From: Azolla caroliniana
Taxonomy: Eukaryota > Plantae > Polypodiophyta
Direction: 5' to 3'
Assembly (NCBI GenBank): GCA_043228905.1
Contig: JBHGNT010000005.1
Span: forward strand, 13,144,001-13,208,000
DNA: 64,000 bases
The translations under genes and the position numbers were made by a program. The notes below the pieces were generated by a model. The model was not told the DNA's origin. It worked only from the letters and a program-made list of their open reading frames with translations, and did no database searches. Positions within the stretch are counted from its first letter, which is position 1. The number at the start of each line of letters is the position of its first letter. This document shows, piece after piece, positions 35,224 to 49,356 of this stretch.

Positions 35224-38200
35224 CTATCGGTTTTCCGGGATAGTCTTTGTCGGTGTCGGTGTCGGTTCCTCATCTTGCCGGATTTCCGGGTTTTGCTTGA
35301 ACGGGTTCGCTGGCATATTTCCCTTATACGGCTTTAGCCGAAACCCATTCGCCCACTTGCCGATGACATCTCCAGACAACGTGCCGAGCTGATACGACCC
35401 ATTGTACTCCTTGGTGATCCAGAACGGTCCGGTCCATCGAAACCGCAACTTTCCTGGCATGTTCCCCATCTGTGTCTGGAATAGTAGCACCGGTTTCCCG
35501 ACTTCGAACTCCTTTTCATTGCCACGCCGGTGTCGGTCCACGAAAGCTTTTCTCCTCCTTTGCTCCAGTTCGAGTTGTAGTAAGCTGGCTATTCGGTTTT
35601 CTTCTAATTCCAACAACGTTGCCAGCCGGATTCGTTCGGACTCATTCTCACTTAAGCGCTCCTTCACCTGAATCCGTAAGTTGGGGATCTGGAACTCTAC
35701 CGGCATGACCACGTCTAAACCGAATGCTAGTCGGAACGGGGTTGTCCGGATGCTGGTTTTGTACGTTGTTCGGTACGCCCATAGCGCGCTCTGCAATTTC
35801 GTATCCCAGTCGGTCCGGTTCTCGTTGAAGATTTTTCGTAGGATGTTCTGCAGAGTTTTGTTCGTTGATTCCGCTAGTCCATTGGCTTGAGGGTAGTAGG
35901 GAGTACTCTTTTTATGTACCACCGCGTAAAATGACGTCAGGCTTTCTACTACCTGCCCGAGAAAAGGTCCTCCTTGGTCACTTATAAGCTCGATCGGGCA
36001 TCCATACCGGCACCATATGCACTCGTACAGGAACTTTGCCGTGGACGCGGCCATGTTGTCCCGTAAGGCCTTTGCTTCTACCCATTTGGTGCAATAGTCG
36101 GTTGCCACTATGACATACCGATTTCCGGTTCGCATTGCCGGTGGCTTGAAGGGACCGACAAAGTCCAAACCCCACTTTTGAAACGGTTCCAAAGGCAAGA
36201 CCGGGTGGTGTGGCATCCGGGCCTGCTCCGTGGGTTGGCCCAGTCGTTGACACAAATTGCATTCTCTGCTATACTTCACGGCATCTTTTAGGGTGGTGGG
36301 CCACCACAGTCCGCTCTGCCATATTTTCCGAGCGGTTGCGTCACCGGCATAATGCCCACCGGCAATTCCACAGTGGGCTTCCCTGAGGATTAAATCCTTC
36401 TCATCGCTCCGCACTGCTCGTCTCCAGATGCCATCTGCCCCCTTGTGATAGAGGGTGTCTCCAACCAAGCAGAAATGTCTACTTCTTACTGCTACCCTTT
36501 TCCTTTCATCGCGGTCCATGTTCTCTGAGGGAACTCCGGTGCTCAGGAACTGATGCATCTCAGTTAGCCATGTGTCTTCATCGGCTACCGTTGTATCCGT
36601 TGCCGGTTTCGTCGTGATCCGGAACAATTTGGCGTCGGGAAACTCATCCTGGACGCCGTCCCCTGCTTCTCTGGATTCGAGTCTGCTTAGGTAGTTCGCT
36701 ACCGCATGCTGCGCCCCGGGTTGGTGGAAAATGTCGAATTCAAATTCCTGTAACAGCAGTGTCCACCGTGCAATTTTTCCCGTCAGGGATGCCTTCGAGA
36801 CCAGGTAGAGTAGTGCCGAATGGTCGACATGGAAGGAAAACTTCCTTCCGAGCAGATAGTGCCTGTACTTTGTGACACTATACACCATTCCCAATGCCCT
36901 GCGTTCCATCGTAGAGTAATTCCGTTCGGCTTTTGAGAGTTTCCGGCTTGCGTAGTACACCGGTCAGTACCATTTCGGCTCCGTAAGTTGCATCAGAACG
37001 CTGCCGATTGCTACGTCCGACGCGTCGACGAAGACGTGAAAGCTTTTACTCCAATCCGGCGGTTGCACCACCGGAGCTTGCGACAGCATAACCTTCAACG
37101 CTTGGTAGGCTTCCTCCTCCGTCTCCGCCCATAGGAAGGGTACCCTATGTACGGCGGTATGTAACGGTGTAGCGAAGTCTGCGAGGTGCCGTATCATCCG
37201 GCTATGCCACCTTATTTGGCCCAGGAACCAGCTTAAAGCCTTTGCGTTATTTGGTGCTGGTGCCTCGAGAATCGCCTTGACCTTATCCAGATCTACCGCG
37301 ATTCCTTCCTTACTCACCACGTGCCCTAGTAAGTTGCCGCTTGCCACTCCAAAGACGCACTTGGCCGGGTTCAGGCTCAATCGGTACTCACGGCACTTCT
37401 CCAAGCACAGCCGGAGGTGATCGAGATGCTCTCCGTGCCGGCTGTAGATCGCGAAATCATCAAGGAAGACCTGCATAAAACCGGGGATATATTCCCCGAA
37501 AATTTCCATTATTATCCTTTGAAAGGTCGCTGGAGCCGTCTTTAGTCCGAACATCATCACGACCGTGACGAACACTCCCCATTCTGTCACGAACGCTGTC
37601 TTCTCCTGGTTGGCCGGGTTCATTCGTATTTGGTTGTAGCCGCTAAATCCAGCCAGGAAGCTGTAAACTTCGTGGCCTGCTACCGCATCTAAAACCCCGT
37701 CCGTAAATGGTAGTGGAAACGCATCGGTCACTGTTGCGGCATTTAGTTTTCGGTAGTCCATGCATACCCGGATTTTGCCGTTCTTTTTCGGGACCACCAC
37801 TATCGGACTCAGCCATGTTGCCTGCTTGACCGGTCGGATAAATCCGACCCGGAGGAGCTTATCAATTTCCTCCTTCACCTTTGCCGCATAATTCGTATTC
37901 ATCCGGTACCTGCGTTGAGCAATCGGTTTCGCGTCCGTACTTAGGTGAATTTGGTGCTGATAGAGCTGGGGGTCCAGCCCTCACATGTCTTCGTACGACC
38001 ACGCGAACACATCCTTGAAGTCTGTTAATAATGCTACCATTGCCTTCTTTTCTTCCTTCGGCAATTCCTTTGCAACATTTACCGGTCAGGGCTTGTCTGC
38101 TGTGCCGAGGTCCACCTCCTCGAGTTGGGATGCTTTTACGCTCTGGGATATCGTCATTACCCTCTCTAGGGATTCCTGCGCTTGTCGCAGTTCCCGGATC

Positions 38201-40929
38201 GCCGCTTGGTCCGGTTCATCCGGCATCGTAATGTACGGTTCTACTGCCGCCGTGATATCCACCTCAAATAGTGGGACGATTCGTGGGTGTTCCTTGAGGT
38301 ACCGCTCGACTTCCTCGTCCGGTAATCCCTCCAACATGTTAATGCTTTCCGCATACAATGGAGTTGCTTCCTTACTGGTGATCACCAGTGGTTGCGTCGT
38401 TACTCGTACCTTTGTTTTCCCTCGCCGGAATGTGATCATGTTCTTTTGCCAGCTCTGCTTGATATGCGCCGTTCGCAGCCATGGTCGTCCTAGCACTAGG
38501 GGGTACGCGCCTTGTACATTCAGCTGCAGCACCACGGCCGATATCCGGAATATGTGGCCTCCGATCGTTACTTCCAAATCCCGGATAAGCCCGGTCGGTC
38601 GGACTGAGCTGGTATCCGCCATCCGTAACCAGAAGGGGCATGGTTCCCATTCCCGGATGCCCAGGTTGTTGCATGTCTGTTGGCTGATGACATTTACCCC
38701 GGAGTCTCCGTCAATGATCGTTCCAGCAATTTCCTTTCCTTTCATGATTGCCGTGATCGCCGGGCTACTTGTATCGACCACCGCTGGTCCTTCCTCCGGG
38801 TTGGAGAAGAATGCCGGTGCTGGCGTCGGCTTCGGTTTGCTCACGGATGCCTGTAAGTCTGCCGTAAACCGTGGCACCAACTGTAGTAGTCGTGCTAATG
38901 GCAGCACGATTTGACAGTCCTGTAGCGCTTGCCACGTCGGGTTTTCTCCTGGCTGTATGATTTCTTCGTCTTTTGGTATATTTTGGTCTCTTACTTCTGC
39001 CGCATTCTGTTCATTGGCCTCCTTGATCCATTGTGCCGCTTCTTTTCTGATTGCCTCCTGGGCTTCCCACTCGGCGGTCTTTCCCTTTGACCGGGTTGTG
39101 ACCTGCTGTACCTCTGTTATTTCGGCTGTAACCATGTTGACTTCCGGCTGCTTGTCATTGGTTTTGCTTGGGCATTGGTTACTATAGTGGCCTTCCTTAC
39201 GGCAGTAATAACAGTACACCTTGTGACTGTTGCTCATTTCTCCTTTGTCCCCGGTTTGGAGGGTGGGTATGCTCCGGCGGTCGTCTTCGGTTTTTCGGTT
39301 ATCCGGTACCGATACCGGGTTGTCATTCCTCGCTGCCTCCCGACGTTCCTCTCTTCGGAAAAATCCACGCTTCTGATTCCGTCGGAAATTTTGGTTCCCT
39401 TGTCGCCTCTCTTCTCTGCGTCGTTCGTATTCCGGGGATTCGTCTCGGTCGTACCGGTCCCGGGGGTAGCTATCTCTGCGTCTCTCCTCTCGGTCATAGT
39501 TATCGCGTCTTCTATCCGCGTATCTGTTACCGCGTTCGCGTTGGTAGCGGTCGTCTCTCCGGAATCGATCCTCGTCCGGGTTCTGATTGCGCGGTTCTAT
39601 GTGTCGAACCGGTGCTGCCTGTCGATTTAACAGGTTATATTCGCATCGGTCCGTTGTATGGGCTCGAGAGTTGCAGATCATACATTGTGTCCGCAGGGTG
39701 CTGTCTACTGTTGAGTGCCCCGAATTTAGGCATGTTGTGCATTGTAAGGCCTGTCGGAACCTCAAGTCTTCCTCCTTCGGGAGTGCCCGGTGTAACATCC
39801 CCATCGACAAGAAGGGGCTAGTCTTGTCCATTTCTAAAACCCGATCAATAACTTGGTCCATTGTGCTGGTTTGGAAATCAAGGACTCCGCACATTGTTCG
39901 AAGTGGCTCTTTCAGCGCGGCCAAAAAGACTGCTTTGGCTTCGTCTTCGGGTGGTGCTCTTGTCAGTTGGTTGTGCAGGGTCTGAAACCGAATGATGAAT
40001 TGTGGCACAGTCTCGTTCTCTTCCTGCCGGGTGGTGTAGAACTGCCCGACCAATTCCCTTTGCTCAAATTGTCTGTGAAAAAGCCTGAGGAATCTGGCCT
40101 TCAAGGCATTGAATGTGGCAAAGCTGCCCGGTAAGTGCTTTGCGTGCCATCGGGCCGCCGGTCCTTCTAAGGTTATGCCGAATTCGGCGACTTTGGATCG
40201 TTCGGCTTCGGGTTCCGTCAGTCTTTGGGAGACATGGTTGGCTTTCCATGTTTGGAGGAAGCCGTACACGTGTGCCTCCGCGTCGGCCTCATCCCGGTAC
40301 TTTGGGTATGGGTACGGCATCGTGTCGTCCAACTGACTCTCCTGCTTCCTCCGCTCTCTGTCCGCTGTTGGCGTTGGTGTGAGAACCTTTGGTTCCTCCG
40401 CGGGTGTTGCCGGTGTCCGGTCCTTTGGTTCCTCCACGGGTGTTGTCGGTATCCGCTCCTTCGGTTCCTTCGCGGTTGTTGTCGGTATCCGATCAGCCTT
40501 CCTCGGCGATTGCCGGTCACCGCCTTCCAGGGTTATTTCTTCCTCTGGCTCCGGCGTTACTGAGTCTTCCGACCCCTCTTCCTCCCAGTCGTTTGGTGTG
40601 TCGTGGCTGCTTTTATACCGGGACGCAATGCTTCCGTCGCTTTCCGACTCCGCCTCAAGTGTTGCGAATGCTTCCGAGTCCCCGTCGCCCCCGACGAGCG
40701 TCTGTAGTATCGTTTCCGCCTCTTGCAGGCTTGTTATGCTACTGCCTTCGTCGGGGATTTGCAGAACCCGGAACTGCAGTGCTTCTTCTGCGACTCTCCG
40801 AAGAGTTTTGGAGAATGACCAATCCCGCCGGATCTCGTCGACGGCTTGCTGCAGGGCTTCCCGTCGTTGCTCGCGTTCGGTGTATCGTCTCCCTCGTTCG
40901 GTGATGTGGTCGTCGTTTGGTCTAGACAT
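35224..40929 (-). pseudogene. gag-pol: Single-frame gag-pol (Gag, 3 zinc knuckles of which one degenerate, PR, RT, RH, IN) with three CGA>TGA stops
   Basis: Stops at 38086, 37981 and 36964 in one frame; PR IIDGDSGVNVI, RT WLSPIVVVPKK..FLDD, RH DASDVAIG, IN FQKWGLDFVGP..YPQANGLAE..WTGPF. Confidence 0.92.
40380..40492 (-). repeat. ~3 x 36-bp coding tandem repeat in Gag N-terminus
   Basis: RIPTTTAKEPKE/RIPTTPVEEPKD/RTPATPAEEPKV. Confidence 0.8.
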
Positions 40930-43893
40930 CCATCCCCCGGTTGTCCTCTGCACTTTGCAGGAATCGTGGTCGCCAAAATAGTGTTGTCTGCCTGGCCGGA
41001 CTAGCCTCAACACAGGTGTCTATCCGACACTTCTCCAAAGGGGTGGTAAGGATTGGATGCTAGGTTACACACGTAAGATGATTACAATTAAGCACAAACG
41101 GTAAACAATACGAAGATACAGATAAACACGCAATAATTACTATTGTATTACTTTCGTCCCCCCCTTTACAAATCATCGGATCCTTTTATAGGCATTCGGC
41201 AAGGTTACAATCGGTGCGCTTAGGCAACCGACATCCGAATCGGTCCGGATCCGGATCGGTACAACTGTACCGGATCCGTCCCTCTGAATAATAATTCTAC
41301 TATTATTTCCTTCCTATTATCCGATCCGACTCCGCCTTCCCACTTGTCCTTGCTCTTCTGACCGGCCAACAAGTGCTATAACCCCCGGATGAAGGAAGCC
41401 CGAGTTAGCCGTGATGTCGAGTTCGATGAATCGGCATCTTGGTACTCCGTACCAACTCCGACTTCCGATCCCGACCGAATGCCGGAAGATCAGGCCAGTG
41501 AGCCTGAATTAGCCTTGGAAGAGGATGATGAAGTCGGAACTCAAGATGAGAGTCCGAAATCGTTGCGGCTGAGTCGACCGAACGAGTGACTGAGTCAGTT
41601 GGACCAGTCAGATGAAGAGACGGAAAGTGGTGGAGACTCTGCCGTACTCTCCCCGCGCAAGGAACCGAGGAAACGGTTCACACGCAAAGAGAAGGGGAAG
41701 AGGAAGATGCCGGAATTCGAAACCGGCAACGATGAGTCGGATCGGTGCGTATCCGACTCCGGAAAGGAGAAAGGCAGATCTTCGGTAACGAAGACCGAAC
41801 TGGCCAAGAAGGGCCTCAAATCAGGTGACGGTGCGTTGCACCGGTCAACCCGTCAGAAGGATCCCGTCGTGCGGTACGGGTACAATGAATACATGGCGCA
41901 TCATTATGCGTACATGACTAAGGTGACAGAAGTGCGTGAGCCGGAGAGCTACGCAGAAGCAGCAAAGGACGCAAATTGGCGTGCCGCTATGGACGAAGAA
42001 ATGCGGGCACTAGATGCCAACAAAACATGGGACCTAGTTGATCCTCCCCGTCACTGTAAACCGATCGGATGCAAGTGGGTGTACAAGTTCAAGTACAACG
42101 CCGACGGTTCTGTTAACCGGTACAAAGCCCGGTTAGTGGCAAAGGGATACGGGCAGACCCACGGAATCGACTACGACGAGACTTTCGCTCCTGTGGCGAA
42201 GATGACGACGGTTCGTGTGGTACTGGCGGTTGTTGCGGCAAGGGGGTGGCATCTTCACCAGATGGATGTGAAGAACGCCTTCCTTCAAGGTGAGCTTGAA
42301 GAAGAAGTCTTTATGACTCAGCCCCCCGGATTTCAATCGGAGATGAACAAATCGGCGGTATGCCGACTGAAGAAGTCCCTTTACGGCTTGAAGCAAGCCC
42401 CCCGAGTTTGGAACGCAAAGATCACGCACCGGTTGCGTAAGCTGGGGTTTGCTGTCTCTAAGTCGGACTCTTCGTTGTTCATCCGGCAAGGCTCTGACGG
42501 TCCGGTATGTATACTCTTGTATGTGGATGATTTAGTCATCACCGGACCAGGTCTTCCCGAAATCAACCACGTCAAGTCCCAGTTGTCGGACGCATTCGAA
42601 ATGAAGGACCTGGGGGACCTTCATTATTTTCTTGGGATCGAAGTGATCCGGACCCCCGACGGCATATTGCTCTCACAACGACATTACATGTTGAATATGC
42701 TGTATAAGTTCGGCATGACGGATTGCCGACCTGTCTCCACACCCCTGGACCGGAACCAGAAGCTCCGTCCCAACTCCGGACCGGCCTGCAATGAGAAACG
42801 GTTCCGACAGGTTGTCGGAAGCCTGATCTACTTAACCATCACCCGACCCGACATCAGCTATCCGGTCGGTATGGTAAGTTAGTTCATGCAGAAGCCGACC
42901 GTGGAGCACCTTAAATGCGCGCAACGAATATTACGGTATGTAAGCGGCACTAAAGACCGGGGTCTGCTATACCGGCGAGGTATACCCGAAGAGCTTGTCG
43001 GTTACACAGATGCTGACTGGGCCGGCGATGCATTTGATCGCCGCTCCACTTCCGGATACATGTTCTCCATAGGTAGCACGGCCGTTGCGTGGAGCAGCAA
43101 GAAGCAGCCCACAGTGGCTTTGTCAAGCACTGAGGCTGAGTACCGGGCCGCTACCGTTGCCACTTGTGAAGCCATCTAGCTTCGGCGACTACTGCGAGAC
43201 TTGCGGATCGAGGTGCCGACCCCGATCCCGATTTACTGCGATAACATGAGCAGCCTGTAGATCGAGGTGCACTACCACTTCGTGCGTGAGCGGGTCCTGA
43301 GCGGTGAAGTTGACCTACGGTATGTTCATACGGATCGGCAAGTTGCCGACATCTTCACCAAGCCGCTCGGATCGGACAAGTTGCAGCACTTTACCGACAT
43401 GCTTGGTGTTCAGCATCTCGACGTGCCGCACTTGAGGGGGAGATGCAGGGACAAAGTCTCTACCGAAACGGGCAAAGGCCAACAAACTATTGAACCCGTC
43501 GGTAAGAGGAGAGCCGAAAGAAGAGGAGACAAGAAGATAAAGGAAGCCAAGTCGGCGAAGGAAGTCGACACATCCGAACAGGTCGGAGCAAGCGGCTGTG
43601 AAGAAGAGTTGTGCACTTAGGAAGAGAAGTGCATGCTGTGCGGAGGTCATCACGACGGTACTGACCATGATGCGGAGTCGAATGAAGAATTTGATTTCGG
43701 TTCACCGGCTGAAGAAGCCGAGGGAAGCATGGAGTAGGCCAAGACACGGAAGTGGTCCGATGTGGTGAGAGCGTGAAGCCGGAAGTCGAATCAGAGTGTA
43801 CCGATTCGGACAAGAGCTAGAACGAGTCGGAGACAGCTGACTCGGATCAACAGATGGATCCGGATGAGTCGGATCGACTGAAGAACAAGGGAA

Positions 43894-46800
43894 TGTCGAA
43901 TACATGTGTATAATGGACGTATTCACACTATCCCGTTTTGGCCATTTATGTAATTAGCATAAAGGGTAGTTGCCCTAAGTCGGTCACTATATATAGTGAC
44001 CTTGTAACCTTTTTGTAAGGTTGGGTGTTGTATTATTGCTTTATGGAATAAGAAGTCTTTTGTGTCTCTCTCTCTCTCTCTCTCTCTCTGTGCAACGACC
44101 TACAATCTGTCATACGCAGGTGCAGAAAAGAATCCATTGCTTCTTGATCTTCCGCACTGACGGCCCCTTGTCTCCCAACATCTGGTATCAGAGCCGCTGT
44201 CGGCCGTCATCACCGCCTGCACAGCATTCGGTTCTTCACTTCATCACGGCCTGCACAGTATTCGCGTCATTCGAAGAAAGAGAGAAGAAGAACAAAAACG
44301 AGGCTTGCATCTCCTCGCGTTAGATCCTCTTCGCTTGGAGTAAGCCAGCCGGTTGTACTCCGTTCCTTGTGATCGCAACGCTCGAGGTGAAATCCCCTTG
44401 TGCAACATTGACACGATCGCGCTCCACTCGGTTAAACGGCATCCGAAAAGGTCATTAAACGCTGCTCGCCGCTCGTTGTAACCACTCGGTGCAGATCGGT
44501 CTCAAGACAACAACCCCAATTCGCGCTTCATCCGGCTGATCGACATTCGGGAGGATCAGTTGGATCTGTCTCTCTCGTCGCTGCAGCCACCCGAAGCAGA
44601 ATCGGTCCAGATAATCGGTTTCAATAATCGGTATTCGGCATATATATCCGAAGCGAACCGGGCTCACTCCGACTCGGCAACATTCGGGAAGACCAGTCGG
44701 TTCTGTCCCTCAAGTTACCGGAGTCAATTCGAGCAAGTTCCGAAGCCGAACCGACTCGGGTTCAAATCCGACTAGAACGATATCGGGTGAGCCAACCGGC
44801 TGCACTCCAACAAGGTTCGTAGTCAACTCCGAACCGAGCTTCGTCAACCGAAACCGAATTTGATGGCATCAACATCCGGCTCGTCAGAAATGAGTCTACG
44901 AAAGTTCGATGGATCGAACTTCAACTTCTGGAAGGAACAAATGCAGGACTATCTCATAGTCAAGGGGCAAATCGATCCCATCGAAAATGAAGAACCTCCA
45001 GAAGGATACAAACCAATTGAGTGGCAGAAGCTGGATAGAATCGTCCGCGCCACGATTCGGATGCACCTATCGGAATCGGTATACTTTACGGTGCAATCGT
45101 GTACGACAACATTCGAACTGTGGAAAACACTGTCGGACACTTACGAAAAGAAGGTCGCCGCAACGAAGATGTTTCTGATCCGGCGCCTCTACAACTTGCG
45201 GATGAAAGAATCCGATTCGGTTCAAGCACACCTCAATGAGTACGAAAGCATAAGCTCCCAAATCTCGTCACAGGGGACGGCAATCGAGGATGAACTCAGA
45301 GCAATGATACTCATGAGCAGCCTTCCCTCATCATGGGAAACTTTCGTCACAACCGTGTGAAACGCGTCAACCACGGCTGTTAAATACTCCGAAGTCACGA
45401 GCGCAATCCTGACCGAAGCAGCTCGGAGAAAGTCTTTCGCCAAAGACTCAACAGACGACGCTTATGTAGTACAAGGTTCGACAGACCGATCGAACATACG
45501 AGGAAGAGATTCCTCACGGCCGCCGAACAATCAGCGAAGACGGAGCCAGTCACGGGATAACCGAATCTGCAACTATTGCAAGAAACCCGGACACATCAAA
45601 GCCGACTGCCGCGCACTCAAGAACAAGAACAACAAGAAGAGTGGCCGGCATGAGGAGATCAATTACGTCAGCTTCTCAGCTGATGTGCTACCAAACGACC
45701 CGAATATACTATCAATCGAAAATCCAGTCGGATCAGAAGTTCTGCTCACGACTGAAGAATCGAGCACATGGCTCTTAGATTCGGGCGCGTCATTTCATGT
45801 GACTCCTCATCGATCCCAATTTCGGCAATATACGATCCGTCACTCCGACTCAGTTCGGGTCGGCAACTCACAACACTGTGATATCATCGGAATCGGCACA
45901 GTAGAGCTTAACCTTGCCGGTGGCTCTACACTTGTACTCCACAATGTCCGACATGTACCCGAGCTCTCAAGGCCATTGATCTCAGTCGGACAACTAGATG
46001 AAGACGGCATTCGTGCCGGTTTTTCTTCGGGAGGGTGGACACTCCACAGGGGGAACCTCCTGCTTGCTAGAGGACCCAAGATACACTCGCTGTATCCGTT
46101 ACATGTTACGCTCACAGAGGGTAACCTGTTTTTGGTGGATATTCCTGTGTCATCACTATGGCACCGAAGATTAGGACACCTCAGCAAGGCCGGCATTACG
46201 CATCTATCTAGAGCCGGATACATCCCCAAACTCTCCTTCTCCGACCATCAATTCTGCGAGCATTGCCAGTATGGCAAACAAGCAGCCGCATCACACCCGA
46301 CATCAGCACCAAGAGAAACGAGACCTCTCGATTTGGTCCACTCGGACGTCTGTGGCCCAATGCCGCATCAGTCTCTCGGCGGTGCCTCTTACTTCGTCAG
46401 TTTTATTGACGATTCGACTCGAAAGGTGTGGGCTTATCCAATTCGCACCAAAGATCGTGTCTTCTCGATCTTCTCCGATTGGCTCGCTATGGTAGAAAAT
46501 CAAACCGACCGAAAGCTGAAATGCTTTCGGACCGACAATGGGGGAGAGTTCAAATCCGAAGAATTCGACAAATTCTGCCGACAACGCGGCATCCGACGTG
46601 AATTTACGGCACCACACAGTCCGGAGCAAAACGGGATTGCCGAACGCATGAATCGGACAATCCAAGAACGGACAGTTTCCATGCTCCAACACTCCGGACT
46701 GTCGGATGGCTTCTGGGCAGAGGCTCTACTCACGGCAGTACACATAATCAATATGTCGCCAAGTAGACCTCTAGGACTTCAAATTCCTCAGGAACTATGG

Positions 46801-49356
46801 ATCGGCAGTAAGCCGAATTACGACAAGCTGAGGATCTTCGGATGCGAGGCGTACGCCCTTATTCCGAAAGATGATCGCCGAAAACTTGCACCTCGGTCCA
46901 GGAAATGCATTTTCCTTGGATATGGATCCGACGGCGAAATGGGATACCGACTCTGGGACCCCGAACGCAGACAAATCGTTCGAAGTTCGGACGTTGTGTT
47001 CAACGAGTCGGCTATGAATCCATCAGTCGAAAAACCGATCGAAGTCCGAAGGGTAACATTTTCCGATGTGCCGACCCTTCAAGAAGGCCCCGCTCTTAAC
47101 ACACGGTCAGCTTCACGGGTAGCTGAACCTTACACTACCGACTCGGACAACTCCGACTCGGCACAGCCGAATGATTCGCTTTCGGACCATCCGACCTCGA
47201 TACCCGATGCGACCAGTCCAATCTTACCTCGACGATCCGAGAGACTGTCGCAACCTCCGGAGAGGTATTCTCCTGGAATTTTCTTCACCGACGCCGGCGA
47301 ACCGACGTCTTACGAAGAAGCATCGACATCTGTCGATTCAGCCACCTGGCATCTGGCGATGGAGTCGGAAATGCACTCCATTCGGGCAAACAAGACTTGG
47401 GATCTGGTTGAATTACCCAGGAACCGACGTGCTCTTCCTTGCAAGTGGGTTTATCGACTAAAAGAGACGTCTGATTCGACCACCCCAAAGTACAAGGCCA
47501 GATTAGTTGCGAAGGGCTTCCGACAAGAATATGGCGTCGACTTCGACGAGATTTTTTCACCAGTGGTGAAAATGACAACCCTTCGTTTCCTACTCGGCGT
47601 AGTGGCAGCCGACAACTTGGAGCTGATTCAGCTAGATGTCAAAACAGCCTTCCTCCATGGTGATCTTGACGAGGAAATTTATATGGAGCAGCCAAAAGGC
47701 TTCGTGGCGACTGGCCAAGAACATCTAGTCTGCCGACTCAGGAAGAGTCTATACGACCTCAAACAAGCACCGCGACAATGGTACAAGAAGTTCGACGACT
47801 TCATCCAATCGATCGGCTTCTCAAAAAGCGATGAGGACCATTGTCTCTTCACCAACACAGCTCAAGATGGATCACCCATCTTCCTCATCATTTACGTGGA
47901 CGACATGCTAATTTCTGGACGCCACGCGGGCGACCTTGCCGATCTCATTCGGCAACTGCGGTTGAAGTTTGCCATGAAGGACCTCGGTCCGGCATGACAC
48001 ATCCTTGGCATGAAGATTAGTCGGCATCGCGATAAACGACATCTTTTTTTGTCTCAGACCGACTATACCCGACGTGTCTTAGAACGCTTCAACATGCAAT
48101 CAGCCAAATCTGCTTCAACCCCGCTCCCCATGAATCTTCGGCTCTCTCAGCGAGACTGTCCGACATCCGGTCCGGAGGGGGAAGATATGAAGTCGGTACC
48201 GTATGCACCGGCAGTCGGCTCCCTTATGTACCTGATGGTCGCGACACGGCCTGATATTTCTCACGCCGTAGGAGTCGTTAGCAGATTTATGCACAATCCT
48301 GGCCGATCGCATTGGAACGCAGTCAAACATGTGTTCAGATATCTGGCTGGCACAAAAGACCACGGCATTCTTTTCGGTCCGAACCGAACCTCAGGCGTAG
48401 TCGGTTACACCGACTCGGACTTCGCCGGCTGTATAGACAGTCGGAAATCTACAACCGGATACTGCTTCAAATTCGGCAATGGAGCAATCTCGTGGAAGTC
48501 GAAACTTCAGGAGTGCACAGCGACCTCAACGACCGAAGCAGAATATGTAGCTGCGTCCGACGCAGCAAAAGAAGCTTTGTGGCTCGGTCGGCTGGCGCAC
48601 ACGTTTCGACAAGTCGACCATGACTTGGCTCCAGTTGTCTACAGCGACAGTCAAGGTGCTGTTGCCTTGTCGAAAAATCCGGTTCACCATAACGCCTCCA
48701 AACATATCGACGTTCGATATCACTTCGTTCGGGACTGCGTCATTTCAGGGAAAATCGGTCTAGAGAAAATATCCACAACCGACAATGTCGCAGATGGAAT
48801 GACCAAATGTCTTTCGGCAGACCGCTTTCGGTCTCTTCGGCATCAGATGGGCGTAACGACAAACCAGTCCGGTTAGAGCCGGACACAGAGCAGGATGGTT
48901 CCCGACAACCGACATCAGTTCCTTAATGATCGGCTTCAACTGTTCCGACCCGACCAGTTCGGTCTTCTGCCTTCGGACCCTGCCGACTCGAACAAAGCTG
49001 ATATGTCCGAGAACCTAAGTCTATACCTGTAATCTTAGATAACCCATGTATACGCCCATTACGGGGGAGTGTCGAATACATGTGTATAATGGACGTATTC
49101 ACACTATCCCGTTTTGGCCATTTATGTAATTAGCATAAAGGGTAGTTGCCCTAAGTCGGTCACTATATATAGTGACCTTGTAACCTTTTTGTAAGGTTGG
49201 GTGTTGTATTATTGCTTTATGGAATAAGAAGTCTTTTGTGTCTCTCTCTCTCTCTCTCTCTCTCTGTGCAACGACCTACAATCTGTCATACGCAGGTGCA
49301 GAAAAGAATCCATTGCTTCTTGATCTTCCACACTGACGGCCCCTTGTCTCCCAACA
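43894..49356 (+). mobile_element. Young Ty1/copia element E (Tork-like)
   Basis: 287-bp LTRs 43894-44180 and 49070-49356 (1 difference seen), TSD GGGAA, iMet PBS 44183-44195, PPT GGGGGAG. Confidence 0.97.
44863..48876 (+). pseudogene. gag-pol: Copia polyprotein with two in-frame stops (45358, 47995)
   Basis: Three ORF pieces in one frame; CNYCKKPGHIKADC, LDSGAS, HHCC, DDE, YVDD, RH. Confidence 0.92.

Larger units (their letters stand above)
31370..41371 (-). mobile_element. Full-length non-chromovirus Ty3/gypsy (Athila/Selgy-like) with an extra 3' ORF
   Basis: 390-bp LTRs 31370-31759 and 40982-41371 (~6 differences), 5-bp TSD AGTGC, PBS TGGCGACCACG (40975-40965), TATA on - strand, gag-pol without additional RNase H, extra ORF; no PPT. 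Confidence 0.95.
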
